Shown: positions 34,695 to 48,927 of the stretch, piece after piece
Numbering within the stretch: the first letter of the stretch is position 1
Layout: each line of letters opens with the position of its first letter
Origin: Phaeosaccion multiseriatum
Lineage: Eukaryota; Protista; Ochrophyta, other classes
Length of the DNA: 64,000 nt
NCBI GenBank assembly: GCA_965112735.1
Contig: OZ218959.1
Coordinates: 124,001 to 188,000 of the forward strand
Direction of reading: 5' to 3'
Notes under the pieces: model-generated
Seen by the model: only the letters and a program-made list of their open reading frames with translations
The model's database searches: none
Told to the model about the DNA's origin: nothing
Made by a program: the position numbers and the translations under genes

Positions 34695-37600
34695 AAGCGG
34701 TGGTGGCAGGATCAAGCGACGCTCTCGAATCTTGAACCGCTGCTATAGTATCCTCCTCTTTGGAGCTCCGGACGAGCGAGAGCTCGCCGAGAACGTCAAC
34801 TCAGAGGCCGCTAGCCGGGACTGGGAAGATGACGACGAGGAGAGCGACAGGAAGGTCGAGGACACGCCTACTCGTACCATGCTGTCGGCGGCTGTAATGG
34901 ACCTTTGTGCAGCTCGGCTCTTCGACCCCGCCAACGTGCTGGAGCTGCTCTCCTCTCGGCTGCTCTCAGGCCGTCCTCGTGAGCAGATTCAAGCCCACTG
35001 CCCTGACGGACTCCCTGTGCTGGAGGTGGACCCAGGAGTGGCGCTGGCGGTGCTCCGCTGCCTTCTGCTGCTCTCGCACACCTCTCACGAGGCTTTGCCG
35101 TCGGACAATGGGCTGCTTCTGGGCCCGAGGGGGCACGACACTCTCCACAGACTCTACAGGGTACAGAACCAGCAGCAGCAGCAGTTGGTACTTCAGACGA
35201 GCACTCAAGGCCAGGGAGGAGGCGCTGCTGCCTTGGCTCTACGCAGTGAAACGGCTCCGTGCCCACCCCTGCCTTACTTCTTCCAGGCAGACGTGGAGCT
35301 CGGTGGTAGTGCGGCGTCGGCCAGCAGCAGCAGTAGCGGCAGGGGCCAGGGGAAGCCACCGCCACGCCAGGCCGCTCTATCACCAACTGCTGCACCGAGA
35401 GGAGAAGCGGGAGAGGGGAGGGGTGTGCACGAGGAGGAAGGGGGTGTTGGGGCACCGACAGGAGCTGTATCACCAACTGCTCCACCGACAGGAGAAGAAG
35501 CTCGGGCGGTGGGACTGCCCGGCCATTGCGGCGTGCACGGGAGCGTGTTTGCGGGAGCGCGGCACTCCCTGCATAGCGACAGTTTCATGCGCAATCTCAC
35601 GGGGGGGGGCATTGCGCCGCTCCTGACCACCTTCGGGCAAAGCACCTTTGCGCCCGAGGAGGGGCGAGGTGGACGAGCAGGGGCGGGGCTCTCGCAGCGG
35701 TGCTCTGCAGACCTCCACTCACTCGGCCTTGAGCTTGGAAAGATGGCCCTTCCTCCCGCCCTCGACCCCTTCTCCAGCGTTACTGGCGCAGCGGTGGGGG
35801 GTGAGGGGCGCACAAGGGACAACACCAGCAACAGCAGCAGCACAGTGGGCCTGTTCGGGGCTCTCCTGAACGGGCCCGTGCAGGCTTCGCTGCCGGCGTG
35901 TAGAGAGCTCACTCTGAGGCTGAGGATGCCCGCGCTAGAGCCCCCCGGGGGGCGGGAGGAGGGCTCCGACGGCAGCAGCGGGGAGGAGGAGAAGGAGAAG
36001 GAGGAGAAGGAGGAGGAAGAGGAAGAGGAAGAGGGAGGACGCAGCCTCGTGAGCGCAGCGTTGGCGAAAGACGGCCGAAGACGAAGACAAGATCAACATG
36101 GGATGGGCAGTGGTGGCAATCGTAGCAGCGAGTGGGCGGCCCACCCCGCCATGGCCAGGGACGGTTACGGCAACGGTTACGGCAACGGTTACGGCAACGG
36201 TTACGGCAACGGGTACGCCAAAGGGCGGGCTGAAGAACCAACTGGGGCAGTCACGCTGGCGGCCATCGGCTGGGAGAGGGCGGAGGAGGAGGCGCGTGCG
36301 AACAACCTCCGTCTGCTCGAGGCCTCTGTCACTGACCACTCAGAACAGCAGCACGAACAGCAGCAGTCAGAACAGCAGCAGACACGGATACGCGGGCGCG
36401 TGCACAGGCTTCGTGTACGGTACGACCGACAGCCCCTGCACCCCTTTCCGAGGGTCACTCAGGAAGGTGCAGAGGCGTTTGACGCGTGCAAAGAGAGAGG
36501 CGCAGAGGCGGTGCTGCTGAGCGCTCCGGAGGCGGCGAGCGTGTGTCTCTCTGCGCTCCAAGGGGTGCCTTCGAAGGTGTTCCGTTACTGCCGCTCAGAT
36601 GCATGCATCAAAGTGCGACGCAGGAGGGGTCGAGGAGGGAGGCATGCCGGTGAGCGGCGAGAGGAGGAGGAGGGGAGCGAGGAGGAGGAGGAGGAGGAGG
36701 AGGAGGAGGAGGAGGAGGAGGGCTCGCCTAGAGACAGGGACATGATCCACTTTGAGGTCAAGGGCCTCTCTCGGCTTGCGCTGGGCTCTCTCCTTAACGA
36801 CTTCGCCATGACGGGCACGTGGTGGAGGAGGCTCGAGGGGCTGGCAGACGCCTTCTCACAGGGGGGCGGTGTCAGGACTGGCCCCGGGGGGGTGGGGAGA
36901 GAGACCCCCGGGGGGCTTGGCATGGGCAAGGGCATGAGCAAGGGCAAAGGTAAGGTGCTGCAGGCCTTCGCTGTGGCGCTTCGCCACAAGCTCTCTCTGC
37001 TGCAGGCGGGCATGCTCGCGCTGGCCGTACGCACGGGAGGTGAGACGCGCAGTGGGGGGAGGTGGGGAGTGGGGACTGGCGTGAGGTGGGGGGGTGGGGA
37101 GTGGGAAGCGAGATGGGTAGGGAGGACGGGTGGGAAGGCGAAGGCAAGCAGTCTAAAGACGCGACTGACGCAACGACAGCTTTTCCACAGCACCTCGTAT
37201 GCGGACCAATCCATCGCTTACCCGATACCCAATACCCGATACCCAATGCCCGATACACCCATCTTTTGCTCTCTTTTGCTCTCTGTCCGGCAGACGGCGA
37301 GGGTCTCCGACCCTGCATGGACGAGGAGCCAGGCACTCAAACTCAAACTCACAGTCACAACACGCTCCTGGAGCTGTGGAGCCGGTGTCGACCCTTTCAC
37401 GAGATGGTGCGCGCACTGGCGGAGGTGTGCGGGGTGTTACAGCTCGACCTCCGGCCCTTGGGGGGGCTGAGCGGAGTGGCAAGGCTCTTCCCGAGGGGGG
37501 GCGCGCTGCTGTCCCACCTCTACATGCAGGCCACGGAGGCCGACATGGCAGGTTAGAGGCCTATGGGGGAGGGGGAGGGGAGGGGAGGGGAGGGGAGGGG

Positions 37601-38885
37601 AGAAAGGAGACAACGCAGTCGCCCCCCTTCTGTCACAATATACAAACACTGTGTTCAGTTTTCAGTTTTCAGTTAAATGGAGTCGATATCAATATCGATG
37701 TCGATACAAACACCGCTGCTCTATAACCCATCCGCACGCACGCACCGACCCCTCACAGGCGACTCCTCCTCGTTTGGAACGCGTCGACGAGCGGCGCTGT
37801 TGTCGCTGTTCCAAGCCGCGGCTCTGCCCTACCTCGGCCTGCTCAGCCGCTGGATGTGGGGTGGAGACCTAGAGAGGGACGTGGAAGGGGCTGAGGATGA
37901 GGATGAGGATGGCAGTGGACGGACGGCGGAGTTCTTCGTCTTTTGCAAGAGCGCATGGGAGGGGGGCAGGGAGGGGGGCAGGGAGGGGGGCACCCGGCGG
38001 AGCTCGTGGATGCAGAACGGCGGAAAGGACTTCATGGAAGGCGCCTTCGAGGGGGCTGCGGTGGTGGCTGAAGGGACGCACACGCACCCACACCAGCCTC
38101 AGACTCAACATCAGCATCATCAGCAGGTGCCGGCCTTCCTCGAACCGCATGTGGTGCGAGCCGTGGTGGAGGCGGGCAAGCTCCTACGCCTCCTGCAGCA
38201 AAGCAGTCAGGCCTTCTACGCCGCGGCCAGCGTGCTGCCGCCTCCCCCCCTGGGCTTCGCTGTGTCTGCTCGGGCCATGGACAGGCAGCTCAGACACTTC
38301 GCAAGCCTCAGGGAGCTTCAGGTGAGGGGATGGCAGAGGATGGCAGTGGATTGGTAGTAGATGGCAGTGGATGGCAGTGGATGGGGATGGAGGTTGGGGC
38401 GGTGTAGCCAATCATTGCATTGGCTATACGAGTAGGGTCTATTAAGCTAAAACTGAAAACTGAAGGGAGAGGGCAGGGGCACGTGGGCCCCCCGGACAGT
38501 CCGTCCGTCCTTCAACATGAAGGAATGAGCCTCTGATGAGGACGTGCCCACCCACTTGCTTACTTACGTGCTTACTTAATTGCTTACTTACGTGCTTACT
38601 TACTTGCCGGCCTGTCTGCTTGCCCCCCTCGCCTGTGCTCTGCAGCACGCCAAGGGCCTTGAGCTGATGGCCGGGCTCGAGGAGCGGCGTTTGCAGAGGG
38701 AGGAGGAGGAGGAGGCCAGGGGACGCGCACGCACACACAACATGGTGCGGTCCCAGAGAGAGCGTGCAGAGGCGCAGCGCAGGAAAGAGGTGCTGCAGAG
38801 GAGGGTGCTGGCAGGCAGGGAGGCATGGAGGAAAACCATGGATATCGACCTTGCGGATGCCGCAGGTGAGTGAGTCAGAGAGAGA

Positions 38886-38916
<31 letters not shown>

Positions 38917-40502
38917 TGTGAGAGAGAGAGAGAGTCTGCTTGGCAGAGGACCAGAGGGGTATATGGGCGGTGATGTCGTGGTTGGGCTTCTTCCTTTCGT
39001 TCCCGGGCATATGGGCAGGGAGAGAGGGGGCCTGGCCATGGCGGGCACCACAGCACTCTCTGTGCCATGCAGTGCCATCCCCAGTCATGGCGGGCACCAC
39101 AAGGGAGCGCTAGTGGGAAGGAAGGTCAGGAGTGTGGAGGACGGGATGAGCACGATGCGTCTGCTCTCTCTCTCTCTCTCTCTCTCTCTCTCGACTCACT
39201 CTGCACTCGGCCTTGACGTGCTCAACCCTTACCCTGTCTGTACCCCCTCACGCCTTCCTTACTTGGGCCGCCTTGCTTGGACGGAGCAGCCGCACAGGAG
39301 AGGGAAGCCGAAACCGCCGAAACCGCCACCAAGGGCTTGGAGCCGCGGCGCGCACCTCTCCTCCCGGGCGGGGCTGGGCAGTTTCGGGGAGACGAGCTGC
39401 TGCAGAAGGAGACGCTGGCCGAGGCGGAGCAATTTCTGCGGAACAAGTACGCCGCCCTGGGGAATGAGGCAGACCGACGCGCTGATCTCATGCGCTGGAG
39501 GCTCAGCAGACGCACGGGACTGGCAGACGCGCGGGCAAGGCTCGCGGCCCTTAGGCAGGAGGACGAGGCAGGCCACATGCAGCAGTTGGTGGTGCAGCAG
39601 CAGCAGCAGCAGCAGCGGCGGCAGCGGCGGGAGGAGGAGGGGGAACTGGTGCGGCTGAGGTCGGGGCCGACGGAGGCCGAGGGAGTGGGTGCCGGGGGGG
39701 CGCGCGGAGTGGACAGGAGAGCTCAAGCCTTGGGGGGGCACAGCCAAGATAGCCTGTCTCACCCTCCCCACCCCGATTTACCGCCGCCGGCGCCCCCACT
39801 TGTCGCAGTGCAGGTGGTGCAGCCCGTGCAGGCAGTGAGGTCGTCTGTGTCAAGCGGTGGTGCCGACGTGGGGGCGGCAGGCAGGGGAGAGGCGGCGTCC
39901 GAGGCGGCGGAGGAGAATCTTATTGAGGAAATTGCCGAGGAGGATGAGGAGGAGGAGGACGACGACTTTCAGCAGCAGCAGCAGCAGCAGCAGCAGCGGC
40001 GGCGGCGGCTTATCGAAGGAGGGGGTCATGGGCACGTGCAAGGGAGAGAAGGAAATCAAGTGCAAGAGAGAGAAGGGGGTCACACGGAGACTGAGTCCCC
40101 AGTGACTCCTCGAGGGACCCCTGTCACTGTCGCTACTGTCGGCCGTGGCGGGCTTCCAGGGGGGATACCAACAGAGACAGAGACAGAGCTAAAGATGGAG
40201 ACAGGGCAGCCAGGTGCATGCGACACTGGTGAAGGCAAAGCGGCCGATGGGGAGGGGGTGAGAGCTCACTTGTACTTGCCTTCAGCCGATGGCCTCAAGG
40301 ACCCCCACGCCTTCCGACGGGTGACGCAGGACCCCGGAGGGACGAGCACGATAAACCTCACCCATCGCTCCTTTCGAGGGAAGGTGGGGGGAGAGGCGCC
40401 ACTGCAGCTGCCACCACCAGCACCACCACCAGCACCAGCACCAGCACCAGCACCAGCACCAGCAGTTCGTCATACAGTAGCAGCAGTTAGTGATACAGGA
40501 GT

Positions 40503-40540
<38 letters not shown>

Positions 40541-43350
40541 CAGGCAAAGCACCACCACCTCCGCCAGTCGCTGCTGCCATCGGGCCGGACGGGGCTCACG
40601 GGGGCGGCAGAGAGCGGCCGACCGGGCCGCATGGGGGCGGCGAGGAGGGGTGGAGGGGTGACGGACACTCTGCTACCACTCTGGACACGCTGCTGCGCTT
40701 GGCAGTGCGGGCCAGTGAGTGGTCCGACGGTGGCGAGGAGGAGGAGCGGCAGCAACATGACGGGATGGTGTATGGGGCGAGCAGGGGGAGGGCGCATGCT
40801 CTTCTTGGTGGAGATGAGGCGACAGGACACACGCGGCAGCAGCAGCAGAACGGGCGGCGAGGCAGGAGGGAGGGCGAACCCCGCTCATCGGCTGTGCCCT
40901 CCCTGCGGCTGCCGCTGCCGATGGTGGTGCAGCGCTGCCTGGAGACGCCCCTCTTGGAGCAGTGCGAGCTCATCGACAAAGTGGTGCGTGCGGCCTGTCC
41001 AGTGCCTGTCCAACAGGAGGGGGAGGGGAACGAGCAGCTGTTGAGCAGCTGTTGAGCAGCTGTTGGGTAGCTGTTGGTCGCTGTCTGTCGCTTGGCACGA
41101 GTGTTGTCTCCCTATCGCTATACGCTCCGAGGCATACAGCGCTTGGCTTCCTTCGCTTCCTTTGCTTCCTTCGCTTCCGACTTGTCTTCCGAATTCCATA
41201 CTCTCGCGCTCTCACGCCTCTCTCGTCACTGTCTTGGGCTCTCTGGTCTGTCTCTCGTCATTGTCTTGGGCTCTCTGGTCTGTCTCTCGTCATTGTCTTG
41301 GGCTCTCTGGTCTGTCTCTCGTCATTGTCTTGGGCTCTCTGGTCTGTCTCTCGTCATTGTCTTGGGCTCTCTGGTGTGTGTCTGTCCATTGGGCTCTCAC
41401 GCCTGTCTCTCTACAGAGTGCGCCCCGACCCCAGCCCGATCCCTCACGCACACTCCCCTGCCTGCAGGGCCCCTCCGTTCCTCTCTTTGCCCCCCTCTTC
41501 GCCCCCCTCCTTGTCCCTCCGTTGACCTATGCAATGAACGCCCTGTGCCCATATGCCCTGTGCCCATATGCCCTATGCCCTGCCCTTGACCCATGCAATG
41601 CACCAGGCCGTGCTGTATCTGGTGGAGGAGGGACGTGTGGGCGAGCACGTGTGCGCCATGCGAAGCTTCTTCCTCGGTCTACACCCGGCCTTCATGTTCG
41701 AGCTCACCGGCACCTTGCTCAAGGGCTGCATGCCCCAAGGGGGGGCGCTCCAGGGGGGCGGGGGGGTCCCGGGGGGGGCGGACTGGAGGTGAGGAGTGAG
41801 GAGCCCAGGGCAGGGGGGCTGAGGGGCGTCGGTCGCTCGTCTCTTGGTAGGGGGATGGACGCGAGACGGTTCGGCTGCTCACAGAAGATTGAACTTGTTT
41901 CTCCCCGATTGGGTGCCTTTCGCGTGAGTGTCAGTGAATTACCAAACGCCCCCCCGCCTCTTCTTTGCTTGTGTTTGCTTGTCTCTGCTTGTCTTTGCTT
42001 GGTCTTTGCTTCGGTCTTTGCTTCGGCCCTTGCTTGGTCTTTGCTTCGGTCTTTGCTTGGTCTTCGCTTCGGTCTTTGCTTTGGTCTTTGCTTCGGTCTT
42101 TGCTTCGGTCTTTGCTTGGTCTTCGCTTCGGTCTTTGCTTCGGTCTTTGCTTGCGCCTCAGGCGAGACGATGTGCTGCAGGCGGGGTTCTCCTCCGTGGC
42201 GCACATCACCGGCCTCGAGGACGTGCCTTTCTTCACCAACTTCTCGCTGAGGGCACGGCCGGGCAAGCAAAAGGTGCAAGTGGAAGGAGAAGGGGGGGGC
42301 GGAGAGTACGGAGCGGGGGGCCTGCACAGCAGAGGGGGCCTGCACAGCAGAGGCAGCAGCAGTGGAGCGATGTCTCTTACCATGGCCCCGCTTGCCCCGG
42401 TGGAGCAGCTAGACGCGTACTCGCCTAACGCGCTCGCCTTTGTGGAGGCTCACTACCGCATGCCGTGGCCGCTGGGCGTGGTGGTGGAGGAGGAGGCGCA
42501 GGCCATGTACAGAGCCGTGCACTTGTTGCTCTTGAGGCACAACTTGCTGCTGCACCACCTCAGGGGGCTGCGGCAGGCCCTCAAGACCATCGCCGGAGGC
42601 AGGCATATGGGCAGGAGGCACATGGGCGGGCGGGGTATGCACATGTTGCAGCTGTTCCGACACGAATTACAACACGTGTGCGACTCGCTCATGGGGCACT
42701 TTGCCGCCCAGCTTGACGTGGGATGGGAGGGAGTCAGGGAGGTGATGCGCTCGAGCCTTGGGCCTGGGCACAGGGGAGGAGGAGCGAGGGAGGAGGAGGA
42801 GGCGGAGGAAAGCGAGCAAGGCGAGCAAGGAGAGCAGGCCGGCGAGGAGGACGCAGAGGCCGAGGAAGAGCAGCGGCAAGGGGGGGGGCGATCTGTATCC
42901 TCTCTGCGTGCGATGCACATGGCCTACGTGCGTGCGCTCCACTTCAACTGCTTCCTCAGCGCCGATCCCGTGAGCGTGGCCCTGCAAGCCGACATTGCGC
43001 ACTTCGCCGCCGTCGTGTGCGACGTTGCCCGCCTTTCCGCGGCTCATGCTCAGGCTCATGCTCAGAAAGGTCGAGCGGGAGCTTCGGATGCTCACTTTGA
43101 CTTGCACTTTGACTTGCAAGCTTCAGATGGAGGTGGAGATGGAGAGGGAGGGAGAGAGGGACATGGCGGCCCTGACTGCCCCGACGGCGCTACCTTTTCC
43201 TTTGCTCTGTACGAGGGGCCGCAGAGGCGCTTCCGAGCCGCCGTGGAGGGGCTCTGCTTGGTGCTCGGCAGGGCCGCGGAGGAAGACGCACGTTACAAAC
43301 CCGCCCAGGCTCTGCTCACCACGCTCGACTATGGCAGGGCCTACTCGTGA
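34345..43350 (+). CDS. TUBGCP6: Gamma-tubulin complex component, GCP6-like (Spc97/Spc98 GRIP domains with long central insertion), spliced
   Basis: Exons approx 34345-37039, 37294-37551, 37759-38321, 38646-38865, 39290-40980, 41607-41788, 42162-43350. GRIP1 motifs: LQAFAVAL, FPRGGALLSHLY, PYLGLLSRWMWGGDL, VPAFL..AGKLLRLL. GRIP2 motifs: LPMVVQRCL, EHVCAMRSFFL, YRMPWPLGVVV...YRAV. The coiled-coil insertion between them is typical of GCP6. Confidence 0.8.
41220..41375. repeat. 32-bp intronic minisatellite x~5
   Basis: gtcttgggctctctggtctgtctctcgtcatt units. Confidence 0.9.
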
Positions 43351-44190
43351 AGCCGTTGGTGATTCAGCAGTTGTTGATACAGCCATGGGTGCTTCAGCAG
43401 TTGGTGATAAGTGCATGATGTGACCGAGGCTGGTGCAGCGCAATGGGGCCATTATGATACCTGTGAAGAGCGGCACTTATACTGCTTACGTACCATGTAT
43501 GTTGTATTATGTAACAACGTCACGCTTCACTGGAAGCAAGGCCTTGGCTCAAGCAATAGACGAAGCTCTCGCATGCTTGCTCTGCCGTTTTACCATCACT
43601 ACCCGCCCAACCACGCTCTTTGTGCGTGAATAAATTCTGATTCTAATTCAGGGCAACGCTGCCACTCCGGCCGCAGCCAGGCAGAAGGCAAGGCGGCGAA
43701 TGTACCACGGAATGTAGTGGCGGAATGAACCATGTTATGTAGTGCAACACTTGTTGTAGCGGTACCGTTTCAGTGCCACACTCAAGGGCGCCAGAACATT
43801 GCAGCATGTGTGGGTCCGCGGCGAAACCCGACACCCAAGCACCCCTTCGACAGTCGTTGACCGATCACAGGCAGCAGCGGGGGCGGGGGGTGCACACCCA
43901 GACCAGAGGCCCATGTGGTCAGAGTGTGACGTCACAGCCCCACCAGAGGTGAGCGCTGCGGTGCCTTAGCTCGCTACTGTGCCTGGGGAATGAAAGCATC
44001 ACAGCGGTTTCATTGTGCCGATCTCTCGGGCCACAGATGATGGCTGTCGCATAACATCAAAGCCTGTGTATGCGTGTGTGTGCATGTATGTGTGCGTGTG
44101 TGTGTGTGCGTCTGTGTATGTATGTGTGCGTGTGTGTGTGTGTGTGCGTGCGTGTTGGGTGCACAAAAGCTTACTACCAGCGTGAGGGTA

Positions 44191-44279
44191 CACGTAATGC
44201 TGGAATAAGCCCTACGTAATGCTCGAATAAGCCCTACGTAATGCTCGAAGAAGCCCTTCGTGGTGCTGGAATAAGCCCT
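44191..44279. repeat. 22-bp tandem repeat (acgtaatgctggaataagccct) x4
   Basis: Read directly. Confidence 0.85.
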
Positions 44280-44709
44280 TCCCCTTCTCCCTCAGACCGG
44301 TCGGTCCCTCCTCCTCAGACGGGTGCCCCTTGAGGGTGCTGCTTCAAGGTGCCGCTTCAGGATCGTTCCAGAGCCCACCGTAAGTTCAAAAGGAGCGCCG
44401 CACATCGCCGGTGCTCTGCTGCTGCTGCAGCGAATGGACCAGCTGCGTTCTGCCCCCCCCCCCCCCCCTCCTCCTCCACTGACTCTGCTGCTGTACTGCT
44501 GTGCTGCTACTCCTGCTGCTGCTACTCCTGCTGTGATTGTTGCTTTCGCTGCTAGGCTGCTACTGTGCGGCTGTTGCTGCTGCGGATTTTGATTTCGCTG
44601 CGCTTCACAGCGACGCGGATGGAACGGAGCCTTGGCGCAGTCCCTCTGCTGCTCTTTTTTACGCTGTGGTGTACTGCTCTACTGCTGTATCACCAACTGC
44701 TGAACCACG

Positions 44710-47700
44710 TCAATGGGGTTTTAGGCTCGACAGTGTGTCGAGCTCTGTTTCGAGGGGCTCCTTGCGGGGAGTCGACAAGAGGCCCTGCCGCTCCTCTCCG
44801 CGACTCAGGTGGGCCTCATGCATCTGCACACAGTAAGTCAACAAGGAATGAGGACAAGGCATCAGGATGATGGAGACAGAGAAAGCGAGAGGGAGAGATA
44901 GAAGGTGAGAGGGGGAGACAGATGGAAGGAGAGAGAGGGAGACAAGGAGGGAGGGGGAGACAGATAGAAGGAGAAAGAGGGAGACAAGGTGGCAGGAACC
45001 ACAAGATGTCCCAGAAAAGTGGAAGACAGGAGAAAGGAAGGCTCGCCGCCCAGGCATGCCAACGCGCAAAATCCCGTGAAACTGCCACCAGGCCCTGAGT
45101 GGCTTACTGACTGACTGACTGACTGTCTTCCCGCCTGACCGACTGCCTTGACTGCCTAACCAACTGAGCAGCTGACAAACCGACCGATCGACTGACCGCG
45201 GACTGGCTGACTGACTGACTGACTGACTGACTGCCTGACTGACTGACCTATACGACTGACTGACTGACCTGCTGGTAGGCCGCGACGGGCGATATGACCC
45301 CCGCGGTGTTGGTGAAGGTGCCGGACAGCACAAGCACCGCCAGGCTCACCACCACATACAGCACGTCGCGAGAAAGGGAGGCGGGGATGTAATCGCCGTC
45401 CCAGAAGTACCTGAGCGTTGGAGGCACATGGGGATCAGAGGCATATGGGAGGCATGACGTCACCGCCCTCTTGGCCCTTAACCCCACGACGCGCCACTCA
45501 CCACTCAATGCCCGTCCACACCAGGGTCACGCCGAACAGCTCCAGCCCTGCCACGGCCGCCTGAGTAGAGGTAGGTGGGCAGGATGGATTGATGGATGGA
45601 TGGATGGAAGGAGGGAGGGACAAAGTAGAGGCGTATGGGGACGGCGACATGAGAGTCGGCTGAGGCAAGGCAAGGGAGGAGACAACACGCAAACACCAAC
45701 TGAAACTGTAGCCGTGCCGCTCTCACGTACCAGTGTGATGAGCTGTCTGGCGCTGCTCCCGCCCTTTTGAGCCCATCCTTCTCCTTCTTCACTCGGAGCA
45801 TCTCCTCCGCTGCCAGGTTTGATACCTTGCTTGCCCCTCTTTGTAAGTTGGGGTAGTGCCGGCACACGAGCACACACCCAATCAAACACGGGATCGAGAG
45901 TCAGGCTGGGAGCCCTCTCCCTGTCAATTACATCATCGTCATCACCGCTGGCGTACACTCCGTTTGCATCACTGCCCCCCGCCCACTTGCCCCCGTCGTC
46001 GTCAAGACCGCTGTTGGCCCCAAGGCGCCCGAGCTTGTGCAGCAGGAAGGTGCCCAGGATGAGGAAAACGAACCCCGTGTACATGGTGTCAGGGGTGTAG
46101 TTCTCAATCAAGCACTCGAAGCCCTGTTGGAACGTTTCAAGCAGACAAGCAGGAGAGGAAGAGAGGAGGGGTAAGAGCAGCAGCACCACAAGGCGGAGAA
46201 TTCCTTCCGTCAGTTGAGTGTCTGTCAAGCTTCACCTTACCTTCCAGAAGACCACGGCGGCGATATTCCCCACCATGGCAACCATGTACAGCTTACCCCT
46301 CTGACACAAAGAGAGGTCCCGAAAGTGCTGTGGAAAGTGCGCAGAAATCGCCACTCGAAGCGCCGAAAGCGCCGAAAAGGGCGTGGCAGCTGTCAAGTTG
46401 GGGGTGGATGAGGAGTTACGGGAGGAGCGGGAAGCATCGGTTTCCGCGTCCGTTGCGGAGTAAGTCCCCCCCCCAAAGGCAAATCCTTGGTCTTCAAAGC
46501 CCGCGAGGAAGAAGGGAGACTTGTCAGCCGACGCGTCAGGCGTTACAGAATCCTCGGCAAGGGTGATGCACAGCACGCCGGTGCCCCCCACAAGCAGACA
46601 CAACGCGTTGTACCACAGGGAGCTTTGCCAGATCTTGCAGTCGACAATTGTGAACATGCCGTGCCAAAACAAAATGCTGCCGACTATGGCCTGGAAGAGA
46701 ACAGAGAGACAAAGAGAGGGAAAGATTACCATACCGTGACAAGGAATGAGGAATAAGGAACAAGGAACAAGGAATGAGAAGAGGCAGGAAGGGTCAGGAT
46801 CACCACAGAGGGAAGCATTACGTACGCACCAGCAAGGTGCTGGCGTAGAAGTGGACCTTGTCCATGGGGCGTATGCCTCCCTCCTTGACAAGCCTGCCCA
46901 GCTGCCGCAGAGATCCCTCGCGGTCAACAGCGTCCAAGCCGCCGTTGCTGAAGAATGTCTTGGTGGCTGGGTTGGGGACGTAGGGGGGGGACGAGGGGGA
47001 GTGAGAAAAGCGGTGACAGCGGACACGCCCGCACGGCAAGTCAGGATAAGAAATTAGGGCTGAGCGGCCGGCTGGTAGGAGAGGGGCAATGTCGTAAGGG
47101 GGTGTGAGGAAGGACGACATTGGGGGCACACGGGCCTAGTACGGCAGTGGAAAGGACGCAGACCACAGCGGAGGACGGAGGAGCAGCAGGCAATAGCGGC
47201 AGCCATTACCCCCCTCTCTCTCACCGATCATTAGCGCAGTACCCAGAACCACTTCGACGAGTTCTCTCCATAGAAGGTCGCCCACGAGAGCCCGCCTGCA
47301 TGACATGGTCGTACCGAGGAGGGTACAAGGCAGATGAGCAAAGGGCGTGCGGCGCGAGGAGGTTAAAGAGAGCGCGAGACAAAGAGGGAGAGCCACGAAG
47401 AGGGAGGGGAAAGGGCCAGAAGCAGCAAAGTCGGAGGCGCAAAGCGGGAGAGTGGGGGGGAGACAGAGGGTGCCGAAGATGCTGATCGGCAGAGAGAGAG
47501 ACAGACACAGACAGACAAAGAAAGGGAGATACACACACACACCAAAAAACGTCTCACAAATTGTGACACTCTCCCTGATCCCTTCAAGCCCCTCGGATAG
47601 ATCTGACCTGTCAAGGATGAGCCACAGGCCCGCCCATACAAGGACTCCGGCGCAGAGAGAGATGCCCCCCCGCACCAGCGTCAGGAGAAGCTTCACCCCG

Positions 47701-47783
47701 TCCCTCATTGGTCCCGACGAATCCACACCGCCTTGGGACCGCCCAATCAGAAGGAGCTCTTCGCCACTTCTTCCCGCTGCCAT
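44710..47783 (-). CDS. Multi-pass membrane protein, Fuseless-like repeats, spliced
   Basis: Repeated TM motifs GVLVWAGLWLILD, SILFWHGMFTIVD, AVVFWK-GFECLIE and VTLVWTGIE in successive GT-AG exons. Some internal boundaries are not fully resolved. Confidence 0.6.
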
Positions 47784-48189
47784 GTCAGTACCACCTCTAG
47801 CCGTTCCATTCTTGTGAGATAGGAGGAGAGAGGGAGAAGAAGGATTGGCCCAAGGCTCGTGAACGGCCTGCAAATTTTCGATGGATTACCAACTCACGCA
47901 CCACAGCACCTGAGAGGCGAAAGGGGCCCACGTGCAGCAGCAAGCGGAGAGGGGATGCGCTTACCATGCGTGGTCAAGGATGCTGCCTTCCTCTGTAATT
48001 TGAGGCGTCCGTCGTACGGAATCAGCTGAAGAGTATTGGAAGAAGCCAGGATGGGGGACTGTAGAGAGACGGTGATGGAGGACAAGGGAAGGAAAGGAAA
48101 TAATGATAGTGGAGAATGGCTGTGCACGCCACGGGGCGGCGTGCGGACTCGGATCCGCTGAGCATCCCCTTCCAGGAGCCGGAGAGGCA

Positions 48190-48815
48190 GGGCATTCGTG
48201 GTTGGTTGCGAGGTTGTGGACGCGTTGACCGAGGCGTACACGCTGTGCGCTTTTTCCACTGAGACATTGGGGAGAAGGGCGACGTGGCTGGGGCAGTGAG
48301 AGCTTTCGAGGAGGCCCGCGACGCTGCGAGGGGCTGCGCTGCGCTGGAAGCCGTGGGCTCATGCGCCATCAAAGGGGAAGGAACTGTCTTTGCGCCCTTC
48401 ATGACCCGGTGTGGCGAGACGAGCGTGCGCTGAGGACTGACGACAAGCTGGGACGGATCTTCAAGACGCAGCCGGAGGACGATTTGCGAATCACGTGCGG
48501 GTGCTGCTGCGTGAGGTGGCGAGAGAGTGGACCGAATGGATATAAACAGTGAGGGCGCAGGTGGGGATTGCAGTACCCGCCGACCCCCGCTTGGGAGTGA
48601 GGACAGAAAGTCAGCGCCAGTCCATGTACTGCGTTGCCGGCTACGTCCTACGCGCTTTGAGGGAGCTGTGGTTGGGGAAAGGGGGGGCGGACGGGTGGAT
48701 GCCGTACCTGTCCCTCTTTTGCGACAAACATGAGGAGGAGGAGCGCGAGGCCGTGCAGGAGGGTTTGCCCTGTGAAGGGCGAGGCGTGCTGTTGTTAGAG
48801 TTAAATCCCCCTTGA
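48190..48815 (+). pseudogene. Possible decayed intronless gene fragment
   Basis: Protein-like stretches in shifting frames (EKGDVAGAVRAFEEARDA; DDKLGRIFKTQPEDDLRITC; SMYCVAGYVLRALRELW) with no intact ORF. Confidence 0.25.
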
Positions 48816-48927
48816 GGGAGGCACCGAAGGGAGACGAAAAGAGCCTTGGCTTCTATACACACTCATTAGAAGGGGGGGGGAATGTGAAGTGCCTCCCCTT
48901 AGGGCCACTGCTTGGCTTCCTCGGCGG

